A stretch of 64,000 nt of DNA from Escherichia coli (GCF_003991155.1 NZ_CP031293.1); one strand, 5' to 3'. Shown: positions 20,484 to 30,721, counted from the first letter of the stretch. Notes: a model not told the origin generated them from the letters alone. Numbers and translations are program-made.

Positions 20484-23400
20484 ATGAGCAAACAATCACA
20501 GCATGTATTAATTGCCCTGCCCCACCCGCTGCTTCACCTGGTCAGTTTAGGTTTAGTCTCGTTTATCTTTACCCTTTTCTCGCTTGAGTTTTCGCAGTTT
20601 GGCACCCAACTCGCCCCACTGTGGTTCCCGACGTCCATCATGATGGTGGCGTTTTATCGCCATGCCGGGCGCATGTGGCCGGGGATTGCGCTGAGCTGCT
20701 CGCTGGGAAATATCGCCGCATCCATCCTGCTTTTTTCCACCAGCTCGCTGAACATGACCTGGACGACCATCAATATTGTTGAAGCCGTGGTCGGGGCAGT
20801 GCTACTGCGTAAATTGCTGCCGTGGTATAACCCATTGCAAAATCTGGCTGACTGGCTGCGTCTGGCACTCGGCAGCGCCATTGTTCCACCTCTGTTAGGG
20901 GGTGTTCTGGTTATCCTGCTGACGCCCGGAGACGATCCTCTCAGGGCATTTTTGATATGGGTACTGTCAGAATCCATCGGCGCACTGGCACTGGTGCCGC
21001 TGGGATTGTTATTTAAACCACACTATCTGCTGCGCCATCGCAACCCACGGTTGCTTTTTGAGTCGCTGCTCACGTTAGCCATCACACTGACGTTAAGCTG
21101 GCTTTCGATGCTGTATCTGCCGTGGCCTTTTACTTTCATTATTGTGCTGTTGATGTGGAGCGCCGTGCGCCTGCCACGAATGGAAGCCTTTTTGATCTTC
21201 CTTACCACGGTGATGATGGTGTCACTGATGATGGCCGCGGATCCCTCCCTGCTTGCTACGCCGCGTACATACCTGATGAGCCATATGCCGTGGCTACCGT
21301 TTTTGCTGATCCTGCTGCCCGCCAACATCATGACCATGGTGATGTATGCCTTTCGTGCGGAACGCAAACACATTTCCGAAAGCGAAACCCGTTTTCGTAA
21401 TGCCATGGAATATTCCGCCATCGGCATGGCATTAGTGGGCACCGAGGGACAATGGCTGCAATCCAACAAAGCGCTCTGCCAGTTTCTCGGTTACAGTCAG
21501 GAAGAACTGCGCGGACTCACCTTTCAGCAACTGACCTGGCCGGAGGATCTCAATAAAGATCTGCAACAGGTTGAAAAGCTGATCAGCGGTGAAATAAACA
21601 CCTATTCAATGGAAAAACGCTACTACAACCGCAATGGCGATGTTGTCTGGGCGTTGCTTGCCGTCTCACTGGTGCGCCACACGGATGGCACGCCGCTCTA
21701 TTTTATCGCTCAGATTGAAGACATTAACGAGCTAAAACGCACCGAACAGGTGAACAAGCAACTGATGGAGCGCATCACGCTGGCTAACGAAGCGGGCGGG
21801 ATTGGCATCTGGGAGTGGGAGCTAAAGCCGAATATTTTTAGCTGGGATAAGCGGATGTTCGAGCTGTATGAAATTCCTCCGCATATCAAACCGAACTGGC
21901 AGGTGTGGTACGAGTGCGTGCTGCCGGAAGATCGCCAGCACGCCGAAAAAGTGATTCGCGATTCATTGCAATCACGCTCGCCCTTTAAGCTGGAATTTCG
22001 CATTGCCGTGAAAGATGGCATCCGCCATATCCGCGCCCTCGCCAACCGGGTACTGAATAAAGAAGGCGAAGTCGAACGTCTGCTCGGCATTAATATGGAT
22101 ATGACCGAGGTTAAACAGCTTAACGAGGCATTGTTTCAGGAAAAAGAGCGCCTGCACATTACGCTGGATTCCATCGGTGAAGCCGTGGTCTGTATTGATA
22201 TGGCGATGAAAATTACCTTTATGAATCCGGTGGCGGAGAAGATGAGCGGCTGGACGCAGGAAGAAGCGTTAGGTGTTCCACTCCTGACGGTGTTGCATAT
22301 TACTTTTGGCGACAACGGACCATTAATGGAGAACATTTACAGTGCCGACACCTCACGTTCCGCGATTGAACAAGATGTGGTGTTGCACTGCCGAAGCGGC
22401 GGCAGCTACGACGTGCATTACAGTATTACGCCGTTAAGTACTCTGGACGGCAGCAATATAGGCTCGGTTCTGGTGATTCAGGACGTCACCGAATCGCGCA
22501 AAATGCTGCGCCAGCTGAGCTACAGCGCCTCCCATGATGCACTGACGCATCTCGCCAATCGCGCCAGTTTTGAGAAGCAACTGCGTATCCTGCTGCAAAC
22601 GGTAAACAGTACACATCAGCGACATGCACTGGTGTTTATCGATCTTGATCGCTTTAAAGCGGTGAATGACAGCGCCGGGCACGCCGCTGGCGACGCTTTA
22701 CTGCGCGAACTGGCGTCATTGATGCTGAGTATGCTGCGCTCCAGCGACGTGCTGGCGCGACTCGGTGGCGATGAATTTGGTCTGCTGCTGCCAGATTGTA
22801 ATGTCGAAAGTGCGCGTTTTATCGCTACACGCATTATCAGCGCCGTGAATGACTATCACTTTATCTGGGAAGGACGAGTACATCGGGTAGGTGCCAGTGC
22901 CGGGATTACCTTGATTGATGACAACAATCATCAGGCGGCTGAAGTGATGTCGCAGGCTGATATCGCCTGTTATGCCTCCAAAAATGGTGGCCGGGGCCGG
23001 GTGACGGTTTACGAACCGCAGCAAGCTGCCGCACATAGCGAACGGGCGGCGATATCGCTTGATGAACAGAGGCGGATGATTAAAGAGAATCAGTTGATGA
23101 TGATCGCCCACGGTGTCGCTTCGCCGCGGATCCCGCAAGCGCGTAATTTGTGGCTGATTTCACTTAAGCTCTGGAGTTGCGAAGGCGAGATTATTGATGA
23201 ACAAACATTTCGTCGTAGCTTCAGCGATCCGGCACTTAGCCATGCTCTTGACCGACGGGTATTCCACGATTTTTTCCAGCAGGCCGCAAAAGCGATTGCC
23301 AGTAAAGGCTTAAGCATCGCCCTCCCCCTTTCCGTTGCCGGTTTGAGTAGCGCCACGCTGGTGAATGAACTAATTGAGCAGCTGGAAAATAGCCCTCTAC

Positions 23401-23801
23401 CACCACGGTTATTACATCTGATTATTCCGGCAGACGCGATTTTAGATCACGCAGCAAGCGTGCAAAAACTGCGGCTGGCGGGATGTCGGATCGTATTCAG
23501 TCAGGTGGGCCGCGATCTGCAAATCTTCAACTCGCTGAAAGCAAATATGGCAGATTACCTGCTACTTGATGGTGAGTTATGCGCCAGCGTGCAGGGTAAT
23601 TTGATGGATGAGATGCTGATTACGATTATTCAGGGGCATGCTCAGCGACTCGGGATGAAAACCATCGCCGGGCCAGTCGTTTTACCCTTAGTGATGGATA
23701 CGCTTTCGGGCATCGGCGTCGATCTGATTTATGGTGATGTGATTGCCGATGCCCAACCGCTGGATTTGCTGGTGAATAGCAGTTATTTCGCGATTAACTA
23801 A
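20484..23801 (+). CDS. dgcE: membrane-anchored diguanylate cyclase (MASE1-PAS-GGDEF-EAL)
   Basis: 1105-aa ORF; N-terminal polytopic region, PAS repeats, GGDEF motif (RLGGDEFGLLL), C-terminal EAL-like domain. Confidence 0.9.
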   Translation: MSKQSQHVLIALPHPLLHLVSLGLVSFIFTLFSLEFSQFGTQLAPLWFPTSIMMVAFYRHAGRMWPGIALSCSLGNIAASILLFSTSSLNMTWTTINIVEAVVGAVLLRKLLPWYNPLQNLADWLRLALGSAIVPPLLGGVLVILLTPGDDPLRAFLIWVLSESIGALALVPLGLLFKPHYLLRHRNPRLLFESLLTLAITLTLSWLSMLYLPWPFTFIIVLLMWSAVRLPRMEAFLIFLTTVMMVSLMMAADPSLLATPRTYLMSHMPWLPFLLILLPANIMTMVMYAFRAERKHISESETRFRNAMEYSAIGMALVGTEGQWLQSNKALCQFLGYSQEELRGLTFQQLTWPEDLNKDLQQVEKLISGEINTYSMEKRYYNRNGDVVWALLAVSLVRHTDGTPLYFIAQIEDINELKRTEQVNKQLMERITLANEAGGIGIWEWELKPNIFSWDKRMFELYEIPPHIKPNWQVWYECVLPEDRQHAEKVIRDSLQSRSPFKLEFRIAVKDGIRHIRALANRVLNKEGEVERLLGINMDMTEVKQLNEALFQEKERLHITLDSIGEAVVCIDMAMKITFMNPVAEKMSGWTQEEALGVPLLTVLHITFGDNGPLMENIYSADTSRSAIEQDVVLHCRSGGSYDVHYSITPLSTLDGSNIGSVLVIQDVTESRKMLRQLSYSASHDALTHLANRASFEKQLRILLQTVNSTHQRHALVFIDLDRFKAVNDSAGHAAGDALLRELASLMLSMLRSSDVLARLGGDEFGLLLPDCNVESARFIATRIISAVNDYHFIWEGRVHRVGASAGITLIDDNNHQAAEVMSQADIACYASKNGGRGRVTVYEPQQAAAHSERAAISLDEQRRMIKENQLMMIAHGVASPRIPQARNLWLISLKLWSCEGEIIDEQTFRRSFSDPALSHALDRRVFHDFFQQAAKAIASKGLSIALPLSVAGLSSATLVNELIEQLENSPLPPRLLHLIIPADAILDHAASVQKLRLAGCRIVFSQVGRDLQIFNSLKANMADYLLLDGELCASVQGNLMDEMLITIIQGHAQRLGMKTIAGPVVLPLVMDTLSGIGVDLIYGDVIADAQPLDLLVNSSYFAIN

Positions 23802-23838
23802 GGCGTGCTTCCCCATCGACTGATGCGGCGTATCAGGC

Positions 23839-24696
23839 CTACAATTCGTCCGTTCCGTCTGGTTGCCAGCCTTCCGTATACCAGATATGCAACAGCGCAT
23901 AAGAACGCCAGGGCTTCCAGCGTTCGGCATAACGGCGGATTTGTGCCGGTGTCATTCCCGGAAATCGCTGTTTAATCAGATAATCATCCGGCAGGAAAAC
24001 ATCTTTCGCCTGCCAGCCACGTAAGGCGAAATAATTCGCCGTCCAGCGCCCGATACCCGGAAAAGTTTGCAGCGTTTTCATCGCTTGTTCTACGTCGCTC
24101 GGTATTGTCATTGGTAAGGTGCCCTCCAGCGCCGCATTTGCCAGATGAATCAGTGCCTCTGCCCGTTTCAACGGCATACCTAACGCTTTTAATGCCTGCG
24201 GGTCGGCTGCAGCCAGCCGCTGAGGCGTGGGGAAGCAGACATAATCCGGAAAATCATCCAACCGTTCGCCATAAAGCTGTGCCACTCTGGCGGTCAATTT
24301 TGCCGCCATCGCCACGCTCACCAGTTGGCCTAAAATCGCCCGCACGCCCTGCTCAAAAGCATCAACACTGCCGGGTAAACGCAATCCGGGCCGCGCCGCG
24401 CCTAACTTGCCCAACGCACCGTTAACAATCTGCGGGTTACATTGCAGATCAAACAGGCGGCTCATTTTCGCCAGACACTCTGCGGCAACAGGTTCTAAAC
24501 CTGCACTTAAATTTATGTGCAGAGTATGGCGGGCTATATCCGGAATAGCAGTCACCACGCCGCGATATTCGCCCATCGCCAGACTACGGGCATAATAATC
24601 GTCAGCGACCGTTTCCACACCGTTCACCGCACGGGCGGCGAGAAATCCCAACATCCACGACCAGTCATACGGCGGCTGCCAGTTCAGGGTATACAT
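23839..24696 (-). CDS. alkA: 3-methyladenine DNA glycosylase II
   Basis: 285-aa ORF MYTLNWQPPYDWSWMLGFLAARAV...; C-terminus differs slightly from my recollection of the K-12 protein. Confidence 0.9.
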   Translation of the reverse strand: MYTLNWQPPYDWSWMLGFLAARAVNGVETVADDYYARSLAMGEYRGVVTAIPDIARHTLHINLSAGLEPVAAECLAKMSRLFDLQCNPQIVNGALGKLGAARPGLRLPGSVDAFEQGVRAILGQLVSVAMAAKLTARVAQLYGERLDDFPDYVCFPTPQRLAAADPQALKALGMPLKRAEALIHLANAALEGTLPMTIPSDVEQAMKTLQTFPGIGRWTANYFALRGWQAKDVFLPDDYLIKQRFPGMTPAQIRRYAERWKPWRSYALLHIWYTEGWQPDGTDEL

Positions 24697-24829
24697 CGCA
24701 TCTCCTTGTTAATCCGCTTTCAGCATAAACGTTATTCAGACGCTGCGCTTTGCTTTCATATTCCGGTTGTCGCGACGGCAACATTTCGCTAAAGTCACGC
24801 CCCTTCTTCACCGGCATGGGGATTATTTC

Positions 24830-26182
24830 GTGTTTATTGGTTTTGATTACGGTACAGCAAACTGTTCAGTGGCGGTCATGCGCGACGGTAAACCGCATTT
24901 GCTAAAAATGGAAAACGACAGCACGCTGCTGCCTTCAATGCTTTGCGCGCCAACGCGTGAAGCGGTAAGCGAATGGCTGTACCGCCATCATGACGTTCCG
25001 GCAGACGACGATGAAACGCAGGCGCTGCTGCGTCGGGCGATTCGTTATAACCGCGAAGAAGATATCGATGTTACGGCGAAAAGCGTGCAGTTCGGTCTTT
25101 CCTCACTGGCACAGTACATTGATGATCCAGAAGAGGTGTGGTTTGTGAAATCACCAAAATCGTTCCTCGGTGCCAGCGGCTTAAAACCGCAGCAGGTAGC
25201 GCTGTTTGAGGATCTGGTCTGCGCAATGATGCTGCACATTCGCCAGCAGGCGCAGGCGCAATTGCCAGAAGCGATTACCCAGGCGGTGATTGGTCGCCCG
25301 ATCAACTTCCAGGGGCTGGGCGGCGATGAAGCAAACGCCCAGGCACAAGGGATTCTGGAGCGCGCAGCGAAGCGTGCCGGGTTTAAGGACGTGGTATTCC
25401 AGTACGAGCCGGTGGCGGCTGGGCTGGATTACGAAGCCACCTTGCAGGAAGAAAAACGGGTGCTGGTGGTGGATATTGGTGGTGGTACGACTGACTGTTC
25501 ATTGCTGCTGATGGGGCCGCAGTGGCGTTCGCGTCTCGATCGTGAAGCCAGCCTGCTGGGTCACAGTGGTTGCCGTATTGGCGGTAACGATCTGGATATC
25601 GCACTGGCGTTTAAAAACCTGATGCCGTTACTGGGCATGGGTGGCGAAACCGAAAAAGGCATCGCCCTGCCGATTCTGCCGTGGTGGAATGCGGTTGCCA
25701 TCAACGACGTCCCTGCGCAAAGTGATTTCTACAGTAGTGCCAACGGTCGTCTGCTTAACGATCTGGTACGCGATGCCCGCGAACCGGAAAAAGTGGCCCT
25801 GTTACAGAAAGTCTGGCGTCAGCGTTTAAGCTATCGCCTGGTACGTAGCGCAGAAGAGAGCAAAATTGCGCTTTCAAGCGTAGCGGAAACCCGCGCCTCA
25901 CTGCCGTTTATCAGCGATGAACTGGCTACGCTGATTAGCCAGCAAGGGCTGGAAAGCGCCCTCAACCAGCCACTGGCGCGGATTCTGGAACAGGTGCAAC
26001 TGGCGCTGGATAACGCCCAGGAAAAACCGGATGTCATCTATCTGACTGGTGGTAGCGCCCGATCGCCGCTGATTAAAAAAGCGCTGGCAGAACAGTTGCC
26101 GGGCATTCCGATTGCAGGCGGCGATGACTTTGGCTCCGTCACCGCCGGGCTGGCACGCTGGGCGGAAGTGGTGTTTCGTTAA
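24830..26182 (+). CDS. yegD: Hsp70-family (actin-like ATPase) protein
   Basis: Start trimmed to GTG at 24830 (MFIGFDYGTANCSVAV...), 450 aa; DnaK-like phosphate-binding motifs (VVDIGGGTTD). Confidence 0.88.
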   Translation: MFIGFDYGTANCSVAVMRDGKPHLLKMENDSTLLPSMLCAPTREAVSEWLYRHHDVPADDDETQALLRRAIRYNREEDIDVTAKSVQFGLSSLAQYIDDPEEVWFVKSPKSFLGASGLKPQQVALFEDLVCAMMLHIRQQAQAQLPEAITQAVIGRPINFQGLGGDEANAQAQGILERAAKRAGFKDVVFQYEPVAAGLDYEATLQEEKRVLVVDIGGGTTDCSLLLMGPQWRSRLDREASLLGHSGCRIGGNDLDIALAFKNLMPLLGMGGETEKGIALPILPWWNAVAINDVPAQSDFYSSANGRLLNDLVRDAREPEKVALLQKVWRQRLSYRLVRSAEESKIALSSVAETRASLPFISDELATLISQQGLESALNQPLARILEQVQLALDNAQEKPDVIYLTGGSARSPLIKKALAEQLPGIPIAGGDDFGSVTAGLARWAEVVFR

Positions 26183-26194
26183 TTGAAAAATGGC

Positions 26195-28135
26195 TCAGTA
26201 GCGGCTTAAATCAGCCTTCGCCTGAGCCAGTTTTTCTGCCGCCTGACGTAGCTGCTCCATCAACGGCATGGTCCGTGCTGGAGCATGAAGGCGGAATCGC
26301 TGCAACTCTGTCGCACCGACAGTCAACGCCGATTCCAGCCGATGTCGTTTGGCGGTCATTTTCGCCATTACCGCTTGTCTGTCTGCTGGCGTTACCGCTT
26401 CATTCGGCCTGAAAACAAAACGGCGTTCGCAACTCGCTTTCCAGTCGATAACCGCCTGGGTCAGATGATCACCAAAACCTTTTACTTGCTTAACGCTCCG
26501 TCGGGTAACATCTGCGGCGGTTTCAATACCAAAGGACCGTAACGCCGCTTTACGCGCAGGGCCAACGCCGGGAATAGAGGCAACATCAATAAAAAATCCC
26601 TCCAGAAACTTCTGCTTCTGCCGTTCCCTTGCGGTGTCCTGAAGTGCTGCCAGATCGCGCTTTTCTTCTTCCGGTAACCCAAGAATTTCGTCCTTCATTT
26701 TTTCGAGCATCGTCCGTTTGGCGATAAAACCTTCCAGCCCGCCCAACTGTTGGATCTGGCTGACTAAATGGTCATAGTCCATTTTTGCGCGATTAAAAGC
26801 CTCTCTTTGTCGCTGGACTTCTGCTTTGTACGCTTTGCTTGTCAGGCTGCCAATAATCCAGATAGCCGCCAGCACGGGAACCAAAATGATATAACGCGGT
26901 TCTACCTGAAGGCCGCAAAGCAGCAGCGATAACGCTGACAGTGCGATCTCAATCAGAATGATGTATTCACGCCTTAACAGGCCTAAAGGAAGCGGCCTGC
27001 CAGTCGGTTGGAAATGATCGGGTAATGGCAGTTGCAATGCTGGTGGTGCTACTGACGCCATCACCATCGCCCAGACTTTCGCCAGCACAAAATCACCGCT
27101 GGTGGTAATGACCTCTTCGCCGAGATCAATAAAATAGATAACGCCTTGATTATCCAGCGCACACCACGGGCAGTCAGTCAAATGACCGGGGTAAACATGC
27201 ATTGCCGAAACGGTACATTTCTTTAACTGTTGGCGTAGTAAATCAAGTGCCGCAACCCACGCTTTTGCCGTCGGACGCCCGGTTGCCACGCCACTTTCCG
27301 TGAATGCCTGCTGAAACATGGCTTCAACATCACCTGGTAACATCGACAGCGGAATAGATCGTGGCGGCGGTTTTAAACCACGTCGCTGATTATCTGACGC
27401 GTAGGCATAACGGAAATGGGCAATATCCGTCTCCAGCGCATTACCCGCATCAGAGATAAGCGGTACACCGGAATAAGGATGCCGACCACCAAACAAGACG
27501 TGAAAAATCAGCAACGCAAGGCCAAAATTATCGTGATTCGCGGTGCGTTCAAAGCCAACAAATGACGACAAGGTTTGTAGCTCTGGCGGCGTAAAATGCG
27601 ACACGCCAACTTCGCATAAATGCAACGTGCCATTAGCGTTAATCTGAAAGGAGTCGCTATCAATCAACACCACTTTGCTGTCGCGACCTACCATAAAGCT
27701 GTTCTGGTTTACGTCACCCACGACGTGCCCGTGCTCGTGAATCGTAGCAAAAGATGAAGCAATATTGCGCGCAACATAGAGTAGAAAATCCCACGCACAA
27801 TGAGGGTAACTCTGGCGACGATGTGCCGGGCTATAGATCATATGAATCGGTTCTTTACCTGAAACCTTCGGCATCATAAAACCGATAACCTTTCCGCCTC
27901 GTCCACCGTGAAGCGTTGCCTGCGGCCAGGCGACATAATTCAACAATTGCGCGTCAGCTGTCGCAGCCATAAAGGCAAGTTTGTCCTGTTTTAAGGCGGG
28001 TGGCGGCGTGTGATAAATCTTGGCAACGCTATCGGCAAACTCCTCGATATCATAAACCGCACCTTCACCGCCTTTGCCCAGTTCACGGCCTGGCGTAACG
28101 CACTCACCAGTAGCAGTATATAAAGTGGGTTTCAT
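26195..28135 (-). CDS. yegI: eukaryotic-like Ser/Thr protein kinase with two hydrophobic helices and C-terminal HhH-like motif
   Basis: Gly-rich loop GKGGEGAVY, VAKIY lysine, HVVGDVNQNSF catalytic-loop-like, IDSDSF DFG-like; ATG at 28135 forms ATGA overlap with yegK stop (ORF track extends to GTG 28144). Confidence 0.85.
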   Translation of the reverse strand: MKPTLYTATGECVTPGRELGKGGEGAVYDIEEFADSVAKIYHTPPPALKQDKLAFMAATADAQLLNYVAWPQATLHGGRGGKVIGFMMPKVSGKEPIHMIYSPAHRRQSYPHCAWDFLLYVARNIASSFATIHEHGHVVGDVNQNSFMVGRDSKVVLIDSDSFQINANGTLHLCEVGVSHFTPPELQTLSSFVGFERTANHDNFGLALLIFHVLFGGRHPYSGVPLISDAGNALETDIAHFRYAYASDNQRRGLKPPPRSIPLSMLPGDVEAMFQQAFTESGVATGRPTAKAWVAALDLLRQQLKKCTVSAMHVYPGHLTDCPWCALDNQGVIYFIDLGEEVITTSGDFVLAKVWAMVMASVAPPALQLPLPDHFQPTGRPLPLGLLRREYIILIEIALSALSLLLCGLQVEPRYIILVPVLAAIWIIGSLTSKAYKAEVQRQREAFNRAKMDYDHLVSQIQQLGGLEGFIAKRTMLEKMKDEILGLPEEEKRDLAALQDTARERQKQKFLEGFFIDVASIPGVGPARKAALRSFGIETAADVTRRSVKQVKGFGDHLTQAVIDWKASCERRFVFRPNEAVTPADRQAVMAKMTAKRHRLESALTVGATELQRFRLHAPARTMPLMEQLRQAAEKLAQAKADLSRY

Positions 28136-28893
28136 GGTAACCACATAGCCAGTGCCAACGTTTTATCATCATCCGTACGCTCGTTTACCGCCGGGCTGGA
28201 CAAAAACTGCTTTAACAATTCAGGTAATAAATCGAGTTGTTCCTGCGTTGCTGACGCCAGTCCATTGAAAAACGGGGTAAAGAAAGGCACATGCGGAGAA
28301 TTATCCAGCATATTTAACGCCAGTCTCTGAATACCATCCGTAAATGCTGCAACTCTATGCGCACGCTCAGTGCTGGTGAAAGTTTCCAGTCTGGAAACGG
28401 CATCTTCATCGGTAATGAAATGCGTCATGTTGGCATATTCACCCACCATCGGCGTGAGAGGCAATTGCAGACCGTGACCCAAATCTACCACCACGCCGCC
28501 ATCGCCAATCTGCATAATCAAGGTGCCGTCAGGCGATGAAATCAGTCCCAGAAATGTGCAGGCAAAATCGCGAACCGCTAATTCTTTGGCTTCCGCCTCG
28601 GCAAAAAGTCGCTGACGAACGGTCAGCACAATATCCGTTGCGAGGACATCATTAAGCCCCAATTCCCCGCCCTGCACTTTTTGCATCATATAAGCCATCG
28701 CTTCATTGACGGCAAGCGTCGCACCTTCGCCACCCTGCGAAACGCTGCCTGCGCCATCAGCGACAAATACCGTCAATAATGGCTGCTGGTCTTCTAGCCA
28801 GGCAACCTGCATCTGGCAGGCATCCTGGCAAGGCAAGTCCGCGCTGATGTGCGACGTTCCAACGGTTGATGCATAGACCAGACGCCAGCTCAC
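28132..28893 (-). CDS. pphC: PP2C-family Ser/Thr protein phosphatase
   Basis: 253-aa ORF; PP2C metal-binding signature ([16 protein letters not shown]); ATGA overlap with yegL stop at 28890-28893. Confidence 0.85.
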   Translation of the reverse strand: MSWRLVYASTVGTSHISADLPCQDACQMQVAWLEDQQPLLTVFVADGAGSVSQGGEGATLAVNEAMAYMMQKVQGGELGLNDVLATDIVLTVRQRLFAEAEAKELAVRDFACTFLGLISSPDGTLIMQIGDGGVVVDLGHGLQLPLTPMVGEYANMTHFITDEDAVSRLETFTSTERAHRVAAFTDGIQRLALNMLDNSPHVPFFTPFFNGLASATQEQLDLLPELLKQFLSSPAVNERTDDDKTLALAMWLP

Positions 28894-29549
28894 ACTGACG
28901 TCCAGCCTTTTGGCGCTTCCAGCACAACTTCCGTTCCCGGCGTGGAGCGGGAAACCGAACGCAGCGAACTGGATAACCAGCTAAACAGTTCACGGAATTG
29001 TAATCCCTGCAGTGGCAAAGGCTGACGAACGCTGATTTGTGCCAAAGTCTTCATATCCGCCCCCTGAACACCGATGGAAAAGAAGGCAAACTTCTTATCT
29101 TCTTCCCCCTGAAACACTTTGTTGGCGGCAGCCTGCCACTCATCGGTTGGAGCGCCATCAGTGATCAGGAAAATCCACGGGCGATAATACGAAATACCAT
29201 TGGCACGATACTCACGTTTGCGCTCCTCAACCATATTCAGGGCTTTGGTAATGGCAGCGCCCATTGGTGTATCGCCCTGGGCAAACAGGATGGGCGGGAA
29301 AAAATTAGCGGCGCTGGTAAAGGGTTGTTCCACATGCACCGGGCCGAACGTCACAATACCGAGTTCCACTCTTTTTAAGGCCAGCGAATCGGCAAGCAGC
29401 TCATCGCGAAAGGTAACCAATCCGGCGTTAAGTTCATTAATGGGTCTACCGTTCATAGAACCAGAAACATCCAGCAGCAAAATGCAGGGGCAACGTGGTT
29501 CCGGGTTACTGGCAAAATCGCTGGTGGCAAACGTGATTTGTTCGCTCAT
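28890..29549 (-). CDS. yegL: von Willebrand factor A domain protein (TerY-like)
   Basis: 219-aa ORF; MIDAS motif DVSGSM plus downstream ITDG. Confidence 0.85.
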   Translation of the reverse strand: MSEQITFATSDFASNPEPRCPCILLLDVSGSMNGRPINELNAGLVTFRDELLADSLALKRVELGIVTFGPVHVEQPFTSAANFFPPILFAQGDTPMGAAITKALNMVEERKREYRANGISYYRPWIFLITDGAPTDEWQAAANKVFQGEEDKKFAFFSIGVQGADMKTLAQISVRQPLPLQGLQFRELFSWLSSSLRSVSRSTPGTEVVLEAPKGWTSV

Positions 29550-29695
29550 AAGAAATCCTTTCTTAGAGAATTATTGAGGTCCGGTATCATACCGATTGCA
29601 ATAATGAAATAAGAGCAAACGAAGAAACTTTCAGAATTAGGCCCGGCGGCGCAGAAAATTTTGCTATTCGCCTCGCAAGAACGGAGAGCCGTCGA

Positions 29696-29724
29696 TTGAC
29701 ACTAAGGGCGGAGTGACATAATTT
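29696..29724 (+). promoter_or_regulatory. sigma70-like promoter of first Sib RNA
   Basis: ttgaca (29696-29701), 17-nt spacer, taattt (29719-29724); equivalent ttgaca-N17-tacttt recurs in each later repeat (e.g. 30031-30059). Confidence 0.5.
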
Positions 29725-29730
29725 CAGGAG

Positions 29731-29877
29731 TGAGGGTTAGGGAGAGGTTTCCCCCTCCCCCTGGTGTTCTTAGTAAGCCTGGAAGCTAATCACTAAGAGT
29801 ATCACCAGTATGATGACGTGCTTCATCATAACCCTTTCCTTATTAAAAGTCCTCTTCTCCGGGAGAGGGTTTCCCGT
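29731..29877 (+). ncRNA. sib: Sib antisense RNA, copy 1 (approximate ends)
   Basis: Antisense to ibs copy 1, between the promoter and a GC hairpin plus T-rich tract (~29855-29880); ends inferred from recalled K-12 sibA geometry. Confidence 0.55.
29770..29829 (-). CDS. ibs: Ibs type I toxin peptide, copy 1 (MMKHVIILVILLVISFQAY)
   Basis: 19-codon minus-strand ORF read by hand; hydrophobic peptide matching the Ibs family; too short for the ORF track. Confidence 0.75.
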   Translation of the reverse strand: MMKHVIILVILLVISFQAY

Positions 29878-30065
29878 TTCAGCGTCCCGCTGAAATCGTC
29901 GGCTTACCTCCTTTCGCCCTGAATGCAGTCTATCGCTAACGCGTGAACAAAATAGTTTCCTCTGTGATTATTGCGTAACGTCTCGCAAAGAATATTTGCT
30001 GGCAGGATCGCAGACTACAAAGCCTGCGGATTGACAATCTGATTGTGAAGGCATACTTTCAGGAG

Positions 30066-30205
30066 TGAGGGTAGAGCGGGGTTTCCCCCGCCCTGGTAGT
30101 CTTAGTAAGCGGGGAAGCTTATGACTAAGAGCACCACGATGATGAGTATCTTCATCATGACCCTTTCCTTATTTAAGGCCCCTTCCTCGGGAGGGGCTTT
30201 CCCGT
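30066..30205 (+). ncRNA. sib: Sib antisense RNA, copy 2 (approximate ends)
   Basis: Promoter ttgaca 30031-30036 / tacttt 30054-30059; terminator hairpin ~30177-30207. Confidence 0.55.
30102..30158 (-). CDS. ibs: Ibs type I toxin peptide, copy 2 (MMKILIIVVLLVISFPAY)
   Basis: 18-codon minus-strand ORF read by hand. Confidence 0.75.
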   Translation of the reverse strand: MMKILIIVVLLVISFPAY

Positions 30206-30393
30206 TTCAGCGTCCCGCTGAAATCGTCGGCCTACCTCCTTTTGCCCTGAATACAGTCTATCGCTAACGCGTGAACAAAATAGTTTCCTCTGTGATTATT
30301 GCGTAACGTCTCGCAAAGAATATTTGCTGGCAGGATCGCAGACTACAAAGCCTGCGGATTGACAATCTGATTGTGAAGGCATACTTTCAGGAG

Positions 30394-30533
30394 TGAGGGT
30401 AGAGCGGGGTTTCCCCCGCCCTGGTAGTCTTAGTAAGCGGGGAAGCTTATGACTAAGAGCACCACGATGATGAGTATCTTCATCATGACCCTTTCCTTAT
30501 TTAAGGCCCCTTCCTCGGGAGGGGCTTTCCCGT
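30394..30533 (+). ncRNA. sib: Sib antisense RNA, copy 3 (approximate ends)
   Basis: Same repeat architecture, 328 bp downstream of copy 2. Confidence 0.55.
30430..30486 (-). CDS. ibs: Ibs type I toxin peptide, copy 3 (MMKILIIVVLLVISFPAY)
   Basis: 18-codon ORF identical to copy 2. Confidence 0.75.
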   Translation of the reverse strand: MMKILIIVVLLVISFPAY

Positions 30534-30721
30534 TTCAGCGTCCCGCTGAAATCGTCGGCCTACCTCCTTTTGCCCTGAATACAGTCTATCGCTAACGCGT
30601 GAACAAAATAGTTTCCCCTGTGATTATTGCGTAACGACTCGCAAAGAATATTTGCTGGCAGGATCGCAGACTACAAAGCCTGCGGATTGACAATCTGATT
30701 GTGAAGGCATACTTTCAGGAG

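Noticed and set aside
24767-26182. yegD (Hsp70-like) as a fourth component of the yegLKI module
   Set aside because: It is convergent on the opposite strand with no coupling signal; the association is only by proximity, so it is annotated separately.
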